Part shown: positions 18,094 to 27,811 of the stretch, piece after piece
How positions within the stretch are numbered: the first letter of the stretch is position 1
Layout of the letters: every line of letters starts with the position of its first letter
From: an uncultured Paenibacillaceae bacterium
Lineage (GTDB): Bacteria; Bacillota; Bacilli; Paenibacillales; CAYUSG01
NCBI GenBank assembly: GCA_964447355.1
Contig: CAYUSG010000004.1
Span: 1-55,637 of the forward strand
DNA length: 55,637 bases
Direction: 5' to 3'
The notes under the pieces: generated by a model
What the model was told of the DNA's origin: nothing
What the model saw: only the letters and a program-made list of their open reading frames with translations
Databases searched by the model: none
Made by a program: the position numbers and the translations under genes

Positions 18094-19092
18094 ATGTTTA
18101 GCAAAGATATCGGAATTGACCTGGGAACAGCCAACGTCCTTATTCACATTAAAGGAAGAGGCGTAGTATTAGATGAACCTTCTGTAGTAGCGGTAGAAAG
18201 CGACACCAAACGCGCATTAGCGGTAGGTGAGGATGCACGCCGAATGGTAGGGCGTACGCCGGGCAACATTATTGCCATTCGTCCGCTGAAGGATGGGGTG
18301 ATTGCAGATTTTGAAATCACGGAGATGATGCTGAAGGCATTCATCGGCAGAGTGGGCGGTAAGAATTGGTACAGCCGTCCGCGTATTCTGATTTGCGCCC
18401 CGACCAATATTACCTCCGTTGAACAGAAGGCGATACGAGAGGCGGCGGAACGAAGCGGCGCTAGAGAAGTGTTCCTCGAAGAAGAACCTAAAGCTGCCGC
18501 GATCGGGGCTGGAATGGACATATTTCAGCCCAGCGGCAATATGGTAGTTGATATTGGCGGCGGAACAACGGATGTTGCCGTGCTTTCTATGGGCGACGTC
18601 GTAACCGCCTCTTCTATTAAAGTTGCAGGGGACAAGTTCGATATCGCGATTATGAAATATATTAAGAATAAGTACAAGCTGTTAATTGGTGAACGGACTT
18701 CTGAGGATATCAAAATTCGTATCGGGACCGTGTATTCTGACGATAAGAAGGAAATGGATATTCGCGGAAGAGATATGGTAACAGGATTGCCGTTAACCGT
18801 GACGATTCATTCCAATGAAATAAGAGAAGCACTATGGGATCCTGTTTCGTCTATTGTGGCCGCAGCCAAAACCGTCCTCGAGAAAACACCGCCGGAGTTG
18901 TCAGCGGATATTATTGATCGCGGCGTGATTCTGACGGGCGGAGGCGCGTTATTGAACGGCTTGGATACGCTCCTTGCTGACGAATTAAAAGTGCCCGTAC
19001 TTATTGCCGAAGATCCGATGCATTGCGTCGTTAAGGGCACGGGGATTATGCTCGATAATTTAGATAAGGTTGCTCGGAATAAAAAGTTATAG
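18094..19092 (+). CDS. mbl: MreB-family rod-shape protein (Mbl by synteny)
   Basis: IGIDLGTANVLI, DIGGGTTD and LTGGGALL actin-fold motifs. Follows spoIIID. Confidence 0.92.
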   Translation: MFSKDIGIDLGTANVLIHIKGRGVVLDEPSVVAVESDTKRALAVGEDARRMVGRTPGNIIAIRPLKDGVIADFEITEMMLKAFIGRVGGKNWYSRPRILICAPTNITSVEQKAIREAAERSGAREVFLEEEPKAAAIGAGMDIFQPSGNMVVDIGGGTTDVAVLSMGDVVTASSIKVAGDKFDIAIMKYIKNKYKLLIGERTSEDIKIRIGTVYSDDKKEMDIRGRDMVTGLPLTVTIHSNEIREALWDPVSSIVAAAKTVLEKTPPELSADIIDRGVILTGGGALLNGLDTLLADELKVPVLIAEDPMHCVVKGTGIMLDNLDKVARNKKL

Positions 19093-19133
19093 GATTCATT
19101 GGTAACTGTAGTCGATAACGGAGGTGGGCTTAT

Positions 19134-20015
19134 ATGCTCAGAGGGCTTTATACTGCAACAGCGGGCATGATGACACAGCAGCGAAAGCACGATACCGTAA
19201 CGAATAATATAGCGAACATGCAAACTCCGGGATATAAGCAGAATATTGCCGTCTCTAGATCATTTCCCGAAATGCTGATCGCACTAACGAATGGCTCCAA
19301 TGATACTGCGACCATCGGCCGAATGAATACAGGTGTTTTTGCAGAAGAGAATCTAACGATGTATCTGCAAGGTGAATTGCTTGAGACCAAGAACCATGCC
19401 GATTTTGCCCTTATTTCCAATCTCCAAGTGGACGGGCTCCAATTCGATGCACAAGGCGTGGCATTGGATGAAGATGGGGAGAAGGTTTATCAGCCGCAAG
19501 CGTTCTTTACACTGCTGGATGACAATGGCGAGGAACGCTACACCAGAAACGGACAGCTTCACATCAATGATCAGGGAGAGTTAATCACTTCAAGCGGAGA
19601 ACGGGTGTTGGACACGAACAGGGAACCGATTATACTCGACCGCAGCTTGGATGAAGTGATCATAGATGCACAAGGCAGCCTGACGGACAACGATGGAATA
19701 CCGGTGCTTCATCCCGTAACAGGTGAACAGATAACTATGCTTATATCCAAGGTGGACAACCCGAACAGCTTAGTGCTTGAAGGAAACGGTAATTATCGCT
19801 TGGAAGAGGATGCTGAAGTGGAAGCAATTGATTTTGCTGATCCGAACGATCAAGTGATTGTAAGGCAAGGCTATATTGAGCGTTCGAATGTTGACCCTAC
19901 TCAATCGATGGTGGATATGATGACGGCCGCGAGGATTTACGAAGCGAACCAGAAAATCATTCAGTTCTATGATCGCAGCTTGGAAAAGGCCGTGAATGAT
20001 GTTGGGCGCGTATAA
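19134..20015 (+). CDS. flhO: flagellar basal-body rod protein (FlgF/FlgG family)
   Basis: MLRGLYTA...NNIANMQTPGYK N-terminus and C-terminal GYIERSNVD...ANQKI. Synteny mbl-flhO-flhP. Confidence 0.85.
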   Translation: MLRGLYTATAGMMTQQRKHDTVTNNIANMQTPGYKQNIAVSRSFPEMLIALTNGSNDTATIGRMNTGVFAEENLTMYLQGELLETKNHADFALISNLQVDGLQFDAQGVALDEDGEKVYQPQAFFTLLDDNGEERYTRNGQLHINDQGELITSSGERVLDTNREPIILDRSLDEVIIDAQGSLTDNDGIPVLHPVTGEQITMLISKVDNPNSLVLEGNGNYRLEEDAEVEAIDFADPNDQVIVRQGYIERSNVDPTQSMVDMMTAARIYEANQKIIQFYDRSLEKAVNDVGRV

Positions 20016-20052
20016 AATCTAAATCCGATGCCAAAGAAAGGTTAGTGGTAAG

Positions 20053-20979
20053 ATGAATCGGTCAATGATAACGGCTGCTGTCTCCATGCAATCCTTACAG
20101 CAGAAGCTGGATCTGTTATCCAGCAACATTGCAAATGTAGATACAGTAGGTTATAAGAAGAAGGATGCGACCTTTCAAGAGGTGCTGACCACGGTGACGC
20201 AGCAGGGGAAAGAATTCCAACAAGAAGGGCGACTGACACCAGCAGGTTATACGCAAGGCTGGGGTTCTCGGATGTCAGCCATACAACGGAACATGTCTCA
20301 AGGCAGCTTGAAGAATACCGAACAACCGCTTGATCTTGCGATTGAGGGCGGCGGTTTGTTCGAGGTGGGATTGATGCAGCTGGATGAGAACGGGGAGGAG
20401 CAAATTGACGAGGATCTGAATGTGGCCATGGAAACGCTGTGGACTCGGAACGGTTCCTTGCGATTGCAGCCGTTTAACGAGGAATTCTCCTATTTAACCA
20501 CATCGGACGGGTATTATGTGAAGAATGCCGACAGCCCGGTTGAAGATCGAATACTCGTTCCGAACGGTTACCGTGTAGCTATTGATTCTAACGGAATGAT
20601 ATTAGCGTATAATGACAATGATCCAGCAGAACCGGCAACGAACGTTGGACGTGTTAAGCTGGTGAATGTGCTGAAGCCGCAATTGCTTCAGAACGTTGGC
20701 GAGAACATGTACACCTTGGCGGCAGGACTTGAGAATCCTGATGCAGCATTAGCTGAGCTGCAGGTGAATGACAATAGATTAATGATGGAAGATGACATTG
20801 GGCAGCTTGTTGATGCGGGTATATTAATTCATCAAGGGTTCCTTGAGCAGTCCAACGTTGAATTAACTACTGAAATGACGGAGCTCATGACGGTTCAGCG
20901 AGCTTATCAGATGAACTCTCGAGCATTGATGTCAGGCGATAATCTTATGAATCTGGCGAATAACCTGAGAGGTTCATAA
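20053..20979 (+). CDS. flhP: flagellar basal-body rod protein (FlgG family)
   Basis: SNIANVDTVGYKKKD N-terminus and GFLEQSNVEL...VQRAYQMNSR C-terminus. Confidence 0.85.
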   Translation: MNRSMITAAVSMQSLQQKLDLLSSNIANVDTVGYKKKDATFQEVLTTVTQQGKEFQQEGRLTPAGYTQGWGSRMSAIQRNMSQGSLKNTEQPLDLAIEGGGLFEVGLMQLDENGEEQIDEDLNVAMETLWTRNGSLRLQPFNEEFSYLTTSDGYYVKNADSPVEDRILVPNGYRVAIDSNGMILAYNDNDPAEPATNVGRVKLVNVLKPQLLQNVGENMYTLAAGLENPDAALAELQVNDNRLMMEDDIGQLVDAGILIHQGFLEQSNVELTTEMTELMTVQRAYQMNSRALMSGDNLMNLANNLRGS

Positions 20980-21028
20980 CAGAGTGGTGAAGGCAGAGGC
21001 TGGAAAGGGCCTGAAGTGAGGAGAAATC

Positions 21029-21256
21029 ATGTCAAAGGAAGAACAGAAAGACAAGCAAGTGAAGAAAAAGCCGCGTAAAGGCGGTGTGTGGCTTAAGACG
21101 ATCAGAGTGATATGGATTCCCATTGTATGTCTGGCAGCGCTGATAGGAGGCTTGACGATTGGATATGTGTATATCGGCGGTCAAGATCTGGCAGATGTGT
21201 TTAAATGGGAAACATGGAAGCATGTATATGATTTAGTTTTTGCAGAAAGTGAATAG
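21029..21256 (+). CDS. small basic single-pass membrane protein of unknown function
   Basis: 75 aa. K-rich N-terminus then one TM helix (IWIPIVCLAALIGGLTIGYVYI). Has its own terminator. No function recognised. Confidence 0.6.
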   Translation: MSKEEQKDKQVKKKPRKGGVWLKTIRVIWIPIVCLAALIGGLTIGYVYIGGQDLADVFKWETWKHVYDLVFAESE

Positions 21257-21277
21257 CACTCATTCATAAACTACACA

Positions 21278-21308
21278 ACAGACTCGCATAATACGGGTCT
21301 GTTTTTTT
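21278..21308 (+). terminator. rho-independent terminator
   Basis: 9-bp stem ACAGACTCG / CGGGTCTGT (one G-U pair) followed by TTTTTT. Confidence 0.85.
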
Positions 21309-21392
21309 CGGAGTGGAGCTTTGTTGAAGTTGGACATACTGCAAGGTATAATGATGAAGAAATGGACCCGCCAGGCAAAGGGGGAAGCGAGA

Positions 21393-21914
21393 ATGAACTT
21401 GCCTAATGCATTAACACTGAGTCGGTTTTTCCTCATTCCACTGTATATTTTTATTTTTCTTCGGGGGGAAGTGGGATGGGCCTTTGCAATCGTAGTGCTC
21501 GCTGGGTTGACTGATATTCTAGACGGCTACATTGCACGGACGAGGGGGCAAATTACACAGCTTGGTATTATGCTCGACCCGCTGGCAGATAAAAGCATGA
21601 TGATTGTTGTGATATTGTCTTTGCTCTATGCTGGATTCATTCCATGGCAGGCGGCAGCTGTTATTTTCTTAAGGGATATCGGCATGATCATAGGCTCTGC
21701 CTTTTTTCATTTCAAGGGCAAGCGAACCGTTCCTGCGAACGTGTTCGGGAAGGTTAACACCATTTTATATTACATAGCTGTGTTATTTATCATACTCGAT
21801 CTTGATTTCGCACTCCCTTATTTGTGGTTTGTTATTCTATTCTCAGTGATCACCACCATTATATATATCGTGAAATTTAGAGCACTTAATGACAAGGAAA
21901 GACTCATTCATTAA
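21393..21914 (+). CDS. CDP-alcohol phosphatidyltransferase family protein (PgsA-like)
   Basis: AAGGGGGA before ATG 21393. DGYIARTRGQITQLGIMLDPLADK matches the D-G-x2-A-R-x8-G-x3-D-x3-D signature. Polytopic. Confidence 0.85.
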   Translation: MNLPNALTLSRFFLIPLYIFIFLRGEVGWAFAIVVLAGLTDILDGYIARTRGQITQLGIMLDPLADKSMMIVVILSLLYAGFIPWQAAAVIFLRDIGMIIGSAFFHFKGKRTVPANVFGKVNTILYYIAVLFIILDLDFALPYLWFVILFSVITTIIYIVKFRALNDKERLIH

Positions 21915-21922
21915 ACGTAAAA

Positions 21923-21973
21923 GAGCACATTTACAGCGGCTTCTTCAATAAGCCCTATGCTGTAAACGTGCTC
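21923..21973 (+). terminator. long imperfect hairpin after the phosphatidyltransferase gene (possible terminator)
   Basis: 15-nt arms GAGCACATTTACAGC / GCTGTAAACGTGCTC (one mismatch) with an inner GGCTT/AAGCC helix. The T tail is weak. Confidence 0.45.
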
Positions 21974-22052
21974 CTTTATATCAACCCTTACGACTGCAGT
22001 CTTCAAAGGGACAGTCATAGTGTAACTAGACCGCCCTTTTTTTATGCATAAG

Positions 22053-22096
22053 GAATCAATTTCATAATTAGCAAAATAGCAACCTGAAATTGATTC
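22053..22096 (+). promoter_or_regulatory. perfect 12-bp inverted repeat upstream of fabZ (operator or 5'-UTR hairpin)
   Basis: GAATCAATTTCA (22053-22064) and TGAAATTGATTC (22085-22096), separated by 20 nt. It ends 36 nt before the fabZ ATG. Confidence 0.5.
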
Positions 22097-22132
22097 ATAA
22101 GAGGGGACAATTCGATTTTGGAGAGGGGAAAA

Positions 22133-22573
22133 ATGAACGAAATGTATGATATTAATCAAATTCAAGAAATTTTACCGCACCGTTACCCGTTCTTATTAGT
22201 GGACCGTATTATTGAATGTGAAGCTGGCAAGCGAGCCGTTGGACTTAAAAATGTAACAATGAACGAACCATTCTTTGAAGGCCATTTCCCGGGTTATCCG
22301 GTTATGCCAGGAGTGCTTATTGTTGAAGCGCTGGCTCAAGTGGGAGCTTTTGCGATCCTAAGCATGGAGGAGAATAAGGGCAAGCTGGGTATGTTTGCGG
22401 GCATTGACGGGTTTCGCTTTAGAGGACAAGTTGTACCCGGGGATACCTTAAAACTGGAACTGGAAATCACAAGATTAAAAGGAAGCATTGGCAAGGGCAA
22501 AGCTGTAGCTAAGGTTGACGACCGTGTAGTCGCTGAAGGTGAGCTTATGTTTGCATTGCAGGATCGAAATTAA
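22133..22573 (+). CDS. fabZ: 3-hydroxyacyl-ACP dehydratase
   Basis: ATG 22133 after [22 protein letters not shown] and [23 protein letters not shown] motifs. 146 aa. Confidence 0.95.
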   Translation: MNEMYDINQIQEILPHRYPFLLVDRIIECEAGKRAVGLKNVTMNEPFFEGHFPGYPVMPGVLIVEALAQVGAFAILSMEENKGKLGMFAGIDGFRFRGQVVPGDTLKLELEITRLKGSIGKGKAVAKVDDRVVAEGELMFALQDRN

Positions 22574-22815
22574 GTTCATATTCGTTATCCATTAGCATAT
22601 AGATGGTATTGGACACCTTAAACAGCCATTGTAATTAGAGCATCAATAGAAGGCATTCATTTCGGCAGAACCATTTCATACAGTACTCTTGCACATCACG
22701 AACTTATTCTATCTTGGTCTATGATGAAATGGATTCAGGAACGTAATCATCCCGTCAAAATAAACATTAGGATTGGCGTGGGTAAGTCATTTGAGGTGTG
22801 ATATAAGGAGGAACT

Positions 22816-24528
22816 ATGACACAGACAAGTTTATTGGAATCATTAGAGCGTTATCAAGCATGGCTGCAGGATCCTGCGATTGATGAAGATACGAAGCAGG
22901 AGCTTAGAAGTATTGAAGGACAAGACAAGGAAATAGAAGATCGTTTCTTTAAAGAGCTGGCTTTTGGGACAGGCGGTTTGCGCGGCGTGATCGGTGCCGG
23001 CCTGAATCGAATGAACAAATACATAGTAGGCAGAGCATCTCAGGGCTTGGCCCAGCACGTCCTTGGACAACCTGGCACCCCTTCGGTTGCCATTGCGTAC
23101 GATTCCAGGAATCAGTCTCCCGAATTTGCACTTGAAGCTGCGCTGGTATTAGCCGGTAATGGTGTTAAGGCTTACGTATTCGAATCATTAAGACCTACGC
23201 CAGAGTTGTCGTTTGCCGTTCGGGAATTAAAAGCAACTGCAGGTATTGTGGTCACCGCAAGCCATAATCCACCAGAATATAACGGGTATAAAGTATATGG
23301 TGCAGATGGAGGTCAAATTGTAGCGAAGGATGCGGAAAATATTATTTCACACATCGCCAGCGTGGGTTCTTTTGCTGACATTAAGCGATTAAGCCGAGAT
23401 GAAGCCGAGGCACAAGGCTTGCTGCAGTGGATCGGAGACAAGATTGATGATGCGTACATTCAAGCCGTTACTTCTGTCAGCCTGAATAAAGGTACCGTGG
23501 CACAAATCAGCGATAACTTTAAGATTGTCTATACACCTCTTCACGGGGCGGGGAATCAGATGGTTCGACGTTCCTTAAAGGAGATTGGGTTTAAGCAGGT
23601 TATCGTGGTGCCTGAACAAGAGCAGCCGGATTCGCAATTCTCAACAGTGGCTTCGCCTAATCCGGAAGAGCGTGAAGCATTCAAGCTCGCACTGGCCTTA
23701 GCGGAGCAGCATGAAGCGGATATCGTGATCGGGACGGACCCAGATTGTGATCGCATGGGAGCTGTGGTTAAGAATCCTGCGGGTGAATATTTCGTTCTTA
23801 GCGGTAACCAATCTGGGGCAATTATGGCAGAATACCTGCTGTCCAGTCATAAGGAAAGAGGAACCCTTCCTGACAATGCAGTCTTAATTAAAACAATCGT
23901 CACCAGTGAAATGGGTGCGAGCATTGCTTCCCATTACGGTGTGACCACGCTAAATACGCTGACCGGCTTTAAATACATCGGTGAGAAAATGACCCAGTTT
24001 GAAAAAACTGGCGAGCATGCCTATATGTTCGGATATGAGGAAAGCTACGGTTATCTTGCAGGGACGCATTGCAGAGATAAGGATGCTGTTGTGGCTTCGA
24101 TGTTAATTTGTGAAGCGGCGGCCTACTACAAGAGTAAAGGCCAAACGCTTTACGATGTGCTGCAAGCTTTGTATGCAAGACACGGTTACTTCCAGGAGCG
24201 GCTGATTTCCCGGACGCTTAAAGGAAAAGAGGGCATTGAACGCATCGGACGGATCATGGAGGATTGGCGCCAGAATCCGCCAACATCCATCCAAGGCATA
24301 GCGGTGGAGGAAGTGCTGGACTACTCTAAAGGTATTGAAGGATTGCCGCAAGAGAACGTCTTGAAATACAAGCTGGCTGATCAATCCTGGTTCTGCTTGC
24401 GTCCATCCGGCACCGAACCTAAAATAAAAGTATATTTTGCGGTATGCGGTGATTCGAACGAACAAGCCACATCATCCATTGAAGGGCTTGTTACAGCGGT
24501 CATGGAGCGTACGGATCAAGTGATGTAA
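22816..24528 (+). CDS. pgcA: alpha-phosphoglucomutase / phosphohexomutase (PgcA-like)
   Basis: Active-site TASHNPPEYNGYKVY and metal loop GTDPDCDRMG. 570 aa. Confidence 0.9.
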   Translation: MTQTSLLESLERYQAWLQDPAIDEDTKQELRSIEGQDKEIEDRFFKELAFGTGGLRGVIGAGLNRMNKYIVGRASQGLAQHVLGQPGTPSVAIAYDSRNQSPEFALEAALVLAGNGVKAYVFESLRPTPELSFAVRELKATAGIVVTASHNPPEYNGYKVYGADGGQIVAKDAENIISHIASVGSFADIKRLSRDEAEAQGLLQWIGDKIDDAYIQAVTSVSLNKGTVAQISDNFKIVYTPLHGAGNQMVRRSLKEIGFKQVIVVPEQEQPDSQFSTVASPNPEEREAFKLALALAEQHEADIVIGTDPDCDRMGAVVKNPAGEYFVLSGNQSGAIMAEYLLSSHKERGTLPDNAVLIKTIVTSEMGASIASHYGVTTLNTLTGFKYIGEKMTQFEKTGEHAYMFGYEESYGYLAGTHCRDKDAVVASMLICEAAAYYKSKGQTLYDVLQALYARHGYFQERLISRTLKGKEGIERIGRIMEDWRQNPPTSIQGIAVEEVLDYSKGIEGLPQENVLKYKLADQSWFCLRPSGTEPKIKVYFAVCGDSNEQATSSIEGLVTAVMERTDQVM

Positions 24529-24576
24529 ACAAATGATACAGGCTTCCCGATAAGGTTACAGCGGGAATATCGTCGG

Positions 24577-24641
24577 CCTCTTCTGGGTTTGGGGTGAATG
24601 GCACACTGCTTCACCGCGCCTAGGAGAGGTTTAAGATTTTT
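24577..24641 (+). terminator. possible compound terminator after pgcA
   Basis: Outer CCTCT/AGAGG and inner GGTGAA/TTCACC helices followed by TTTAAGATTTTT. Confidence 0.4.
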
Positions 24642-24675
24642 AGGCGGACACAATAGATAGGAGTGAATCATACAA

Positions 24676-26679
24676 GTGTTTAAGCTGCGTTGGAGTGATC
24701 AATATAACAAAATTCTAGTATGGCTCGTGATCATTGGATTGTTAGCCTCCCTGCCGCTGGCGTATGGACGATGGATGACCGAACGTTCATCTGATCGTGT
24801 AGAGGTGGTTTTTGATTATTCAGATTTGGTTGTGATTGCTTCGTATCAGCCTGACCCGCAGGCATTTATAAAGGAACATCTTGAGCAGGTAAGAGCGCTG
24901 GGGGTTCATTCTTTAGCGGTCTATGAATCAACATTAATGGATTTGCGTTTTAATCACAGAATCCAGCTCTATAATGCTGGCGATGCAGCGCTGCTGCATG
25001 GACAAGCCCATGTCGGTCGCAATTCCACCTACGTCTTATTCGATCATGAGGAAGCAGAACAAGCGCTTCGCCCGATCATTGAAGAGGAATTTGCCGCAAG
25101 GGATGTAGCAGTTGAGCCATGGGAAGCGTTAGGTTTGCAAGGATTGAAGATTGATATGGCCTATGAACAGGCTTCGATCATACCGATGGCACCCGACCCA
25201 ATAACGCTTAATGAAATAAGCGGTATGGGATTTACGCCCGTAGTAAGGCTGTCGAATAACAGACCGTTTAACCCGCAAGCGCTGGATACGCTGCTGGCTG
25301 AATTGAAAGCTTACGGCACTAAGTGGATTGTGTTCAGCGGCGAAGAGGTAACGGGGTATAAGGCGGGCGATCAAGAACGCTTAGGTATGGTTGCAGAACT
25401 GATGAATAAACATGAAATTGGCTTTGCGGTCATTGAAATGTCGAAAATACCCCAAAAGGGTGTGAATGCATTAGCTTATATGACAGACTATCGCACGGTC
25501 CGTCTGCATTCTCTCCTGGAAGCCAATTCGGCGGAATCGAAACAGGTTATATCCGATCGATTGCAGCTCGCTGTTAAGGACCGAGATATTCGCATGTTAT
25601 TCTTAAATGCCGAAATTCGCAAGGATACTGCGAAGGCGACGTACAAACATACCTTAGGCAACTTGTACGAAAGCTTAAAAGGAGCAGATGGGGCATTTGC
25701 GAAGATTGAGTCTGCGGGTTATACCCTCGGCGGAGCGGAACCGTTCAAGGTGAAAGAAATACCTGGAGAGCGTTGGCTGAAAATATTGTTATTGCTTGGG
25801 GCTGTAGCGCTTATCGCGCTGCTTATAGGTCAATTCTTCCCTGTGCTGATGATGCCGGCTTTTTTATTAGGGGTGCTTGGAGCGGGCGGACTATCGTTCT
25901 TGTCCAGCTCAGTCGCCTCTCAAGCGCTTGCTTTAGGTGCTGCGATTAGTAGTCCGACCTTAGGTGTGATATGGGCTGTCAACCGTATTAAACAGCAAAG
26001 CTCAGAGGCATCCTCAGCGAAGCTTGGAGGAACGATTGCCTTATTCGTAACGGCATCAGTCATCTCGCTGTCGGGAGCTTTATACATTATCGGTTTATTG
26101 AATCATGTGACGTACATGCTGGTTTTAGAGCAGTTTAGGGGTGTAACGCTGCTGCATTTAGCGCCCATTGGTTTAATCGCCATATACATTTATTTCTTCA
26201 GTGATCGGCTGTCCTTTAAGGCCATTTATCAGCGGACACGCAAGCTGCTGCTTGCTAATATTAAAGTCATATGGGTCGTTCTAGCTGGTGTTGGAGGCGT
26301 GGCCATCTTGTACTATTTGTCACGGACGGGTAATGAAGGACAGGCTTCTGCTTTAGAAATGAACTTTAGAGCATTTTTAGAGAATACCTTGGGAGTTCGA
26401 CCTAGAACGAAGGAGTTTTTACTTGCCCATCCGCTGTTTATTGCAGGGCTGTATTTTGCAGTGAAATATAAGTATGTCTTGTATTTGGCCGTGGTTGGCG
26501 TGATAGGGCAGTTATCGATGGTGGATACGTTCGCACATATCCATTCGCCCATAGATATCTCTTTCATTAGAGGATTGCTCGGTTTGTTTATAGGATTAAT
26601 CATTGGGGTTATACTGATCATCATAGGCAAATGGTTACTAAGGAGCTGGGAGCGATGGGGACACCGACTAAGCGAATAG
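24676..26679 (+). CDS. large polytopic membrane protein of unknown function. It resembles proteins I remember being auto-annotated as DUF5693 next to csaB
   Basis: GTG start. N-terminal TM helix, ~330-aa soluble domain, then about nine hydrophobic helices. 25-nt overlap with csaB. Confidence 0.8.
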   Translation: MFKLRWSDQYNKILVWLVIIGLLASLPLAYGRWMTERSSDRVEVVFDYSDLVVIASYQPDPQAFIKEHLEQVRALGVHSLAVYESTLMDLRFNHRIQLYNAGDAALLHGQAHVGRNSTYVLFDHEEAEQALRPIIEEEFAARDVAVEPWEALGLQGLKIDMAYEQASIIPMAPDPITLNEISGMGFTPVVRLSNNRPFNPQALDTLLAELKAYGTKWIVFSGEEVTGYKAGDQERLGMVAELMNKHEIGFAVIEMSKIPQKGVNALAYMTDYRTVRLHSLLEANSAESKQVISDRLQLAVKDRDIRMLFLNAEIRKDTAKATYKHTLGNLYESLKGADGAFAKIESAGYTLGGAEPFKVKEIPGERWLKILLLLGAVALIALLIGQFFPVLMMPAFLLGVLGAGGLSFLSSSVASQALALGAAISSPTLGVIWAVNRIKQQSSEASSAKLGGTIALFVTASVISLSGALYIIGLLNHVTYMLVLEQFRGVTLLHLAPIGLIAIYIYFFSDRLSFKAIYQRTRKLLLANIKVIWVVLAGVGGVAILYYLSRTGNEGQASALEMNFRAFLENTLGVRPRTKEFLLAHPLFIAGLYFAVKYKYVLYLAVVGVIGQLSMVDTFAHIHSPIDISFIRGLLGLFIGLIIGVILIIIGKWLLRSWERWGHRLSE

Positions 26680-27806
26680 TCATATCTGGGTACTATGGAT
26701 ACGGTAACAGCGGCGATGAAGCGGTATTGCAATCGATTCTCAGTGCTTTAGCGCAGGTCAGTGACCGCGAATTGACAATTGAACCGGTGGTGCTGTCAGC
26801 TGATCCTGATTGGACCTGTAAAACTTATGGTGTCCAAGCTGTTCACCGCATGAGATTAGGGGAGATATGGAGGACACTTGGCCGCAGTGATGGACTCATT
26901 AGCGGGGGAGGCAGTCTGCTTCAAGATGCTACAAGCACTCGTACCATTCCATATTACATTGCGATGATCAAGCTGGCGCAGTGGTTGCGTAAGCCAACTT
27001 TTATTTACGCTCAAGGCATTGGACCTGTCCACCGACGTATGTTCTATCCCCTGATACGAAATGCTTTTAAGAAAAGTGCTTATGTATCGGTTCGTGATCA
27101 TGAGTCAGCATCGCTATTGGCCCAGATGGGTGTTATTGCCGACCGTATTGATATTGTGCCCGATCCTGTCATGGGAATGAAGCCTCTGGATGCAGATAGT
27201 GCAGGCTCTGAAGGGAGTCTTACGAGTGAATGGCCCGTTGTTGGTATTTCCGTTAGGCACTGGAACAAGGACCACTCGGAGCTTAAGGCTGTGGCCGAAG
27301 CGCTCAATGAGCTAAGTTCCCGCCGGAAAGTCCACTTGCGGTTTCTGCCTTTCCATCATCCGCACGACTTAGAGGCAAGTCTGGATGTGCTGCGCTATAT
27401 GGGAATCGAGTGGACGGATGACGCAGATTTGAAGCAAAAACTTGAAGCGTTGGGCATATCCATGGTGTATCAAGAGCATCCCCAAGCGATGCAGTCCTTG
27501 GTTGCGGAATGTGATGTACTAGTCGGCATGCGGCTGCATTCCCTTATTTATGCGGCTTCTCAATATGTGCCAGTCGTTGGAATTGCTTACGACCCTAAGA
27601 TTAATCATTACTTGAGACGGTTAGATATGGAGCCTGCAATGTCCACAGATCGCATTGACGCGGCAGGGTTAACCGCTGCGATAGCTGGTGCGCTGGAGGA
27701 GAAGGAGAGCTGGATCAAGGATCGTTCGACTAAAATTGAGGAAATGATCCAAAAATCTTTATTCCCAGCGCAACAAATTAGAAACCATTTACGTATTAAA
27801 GGGTGA
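26655..27806 (+). CDS. csaB: polysaccharide pyruvyl transferase CsaB
   Basis: TAAGGAG 8 nt before ATG 26655. RIVISGYYGYGNSGDEAVL N-terminus and GGGSLLQD string typical of CsaB. Confidence 0.88.
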   Translation: MGTPTKRIVISGYYGYGNSGDEAVLQSILSALAQVSDRELTIEPVVLSADPDWTCKTYGVQAVHRMRLGEIWRTLGRSDGLISGGGSLLQDATSTRTIPYYIAMIKLAQWLRKPTFIYAQGIGPVHRRMFYPLIRNAFKKSAYVSVRDHESASLLAQMGVIADRIDIVPDPVMGMKPLDADSAGSEGSLTSEWPVVGISVRHWNKDHSELKAVAEALNELSSRRKVHLRFLPFHHPHDLEASLDVLRYMGIEWTDDADLKQKLEALGISMVYQEHPQAMQSLVAECDVLVGMRLHSLIYAASQYVPVVGIAYDPKINHYLRRLDMEPAMSTDRIDAAGLTAAIAGALEEKESWIKDRSTKIEEMIQKSLFPAQQIRNHLRIKG

Positions 27807-27811
27807 GGAAA

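Noticed and set aside
19081-19133. Possible sigma-D promoter (GTCGATAA) before flhO
   Set aside because: Only the CGATA core matches. No TAAA lies at the -35 position, and the element abuts the SD, leaving no room for a leader.
18144-19223. Antisense ORFs of 125 aa and 138 aa opposite mbl and the flhO start
   Set aside because: They lie fully inside, or overlap, strongly supported sense genes. They have no SD and biased Ser/Ala/Ile composition typical of antisense frames.
22053-22096. FapR operator upstream of fabZ
   Set aside because: The inverted repeat does not resemble the FapR box as I remember it (TTAGTACCAGGTACTAA-like). It is reported only as an unassigned repeat.
21911-22165. 84-aa minus-strand ORF between the phosphatidyltransferase gene and fabZ
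   Set aside because: It covers the hairpin, the T-run and the 12-bp inverted repeat, and it overlaps the fabZ start. It has no SD. It would be the only minus-strand gene in 55 kb.
26313-26732. 139-aa minus-strand ORF opposite the 3' end of the polytopic membrane protein gene
   Set aside because: It is antisense to a hydrophobic-helix coding region, has no SD and overlaps the csaB start.
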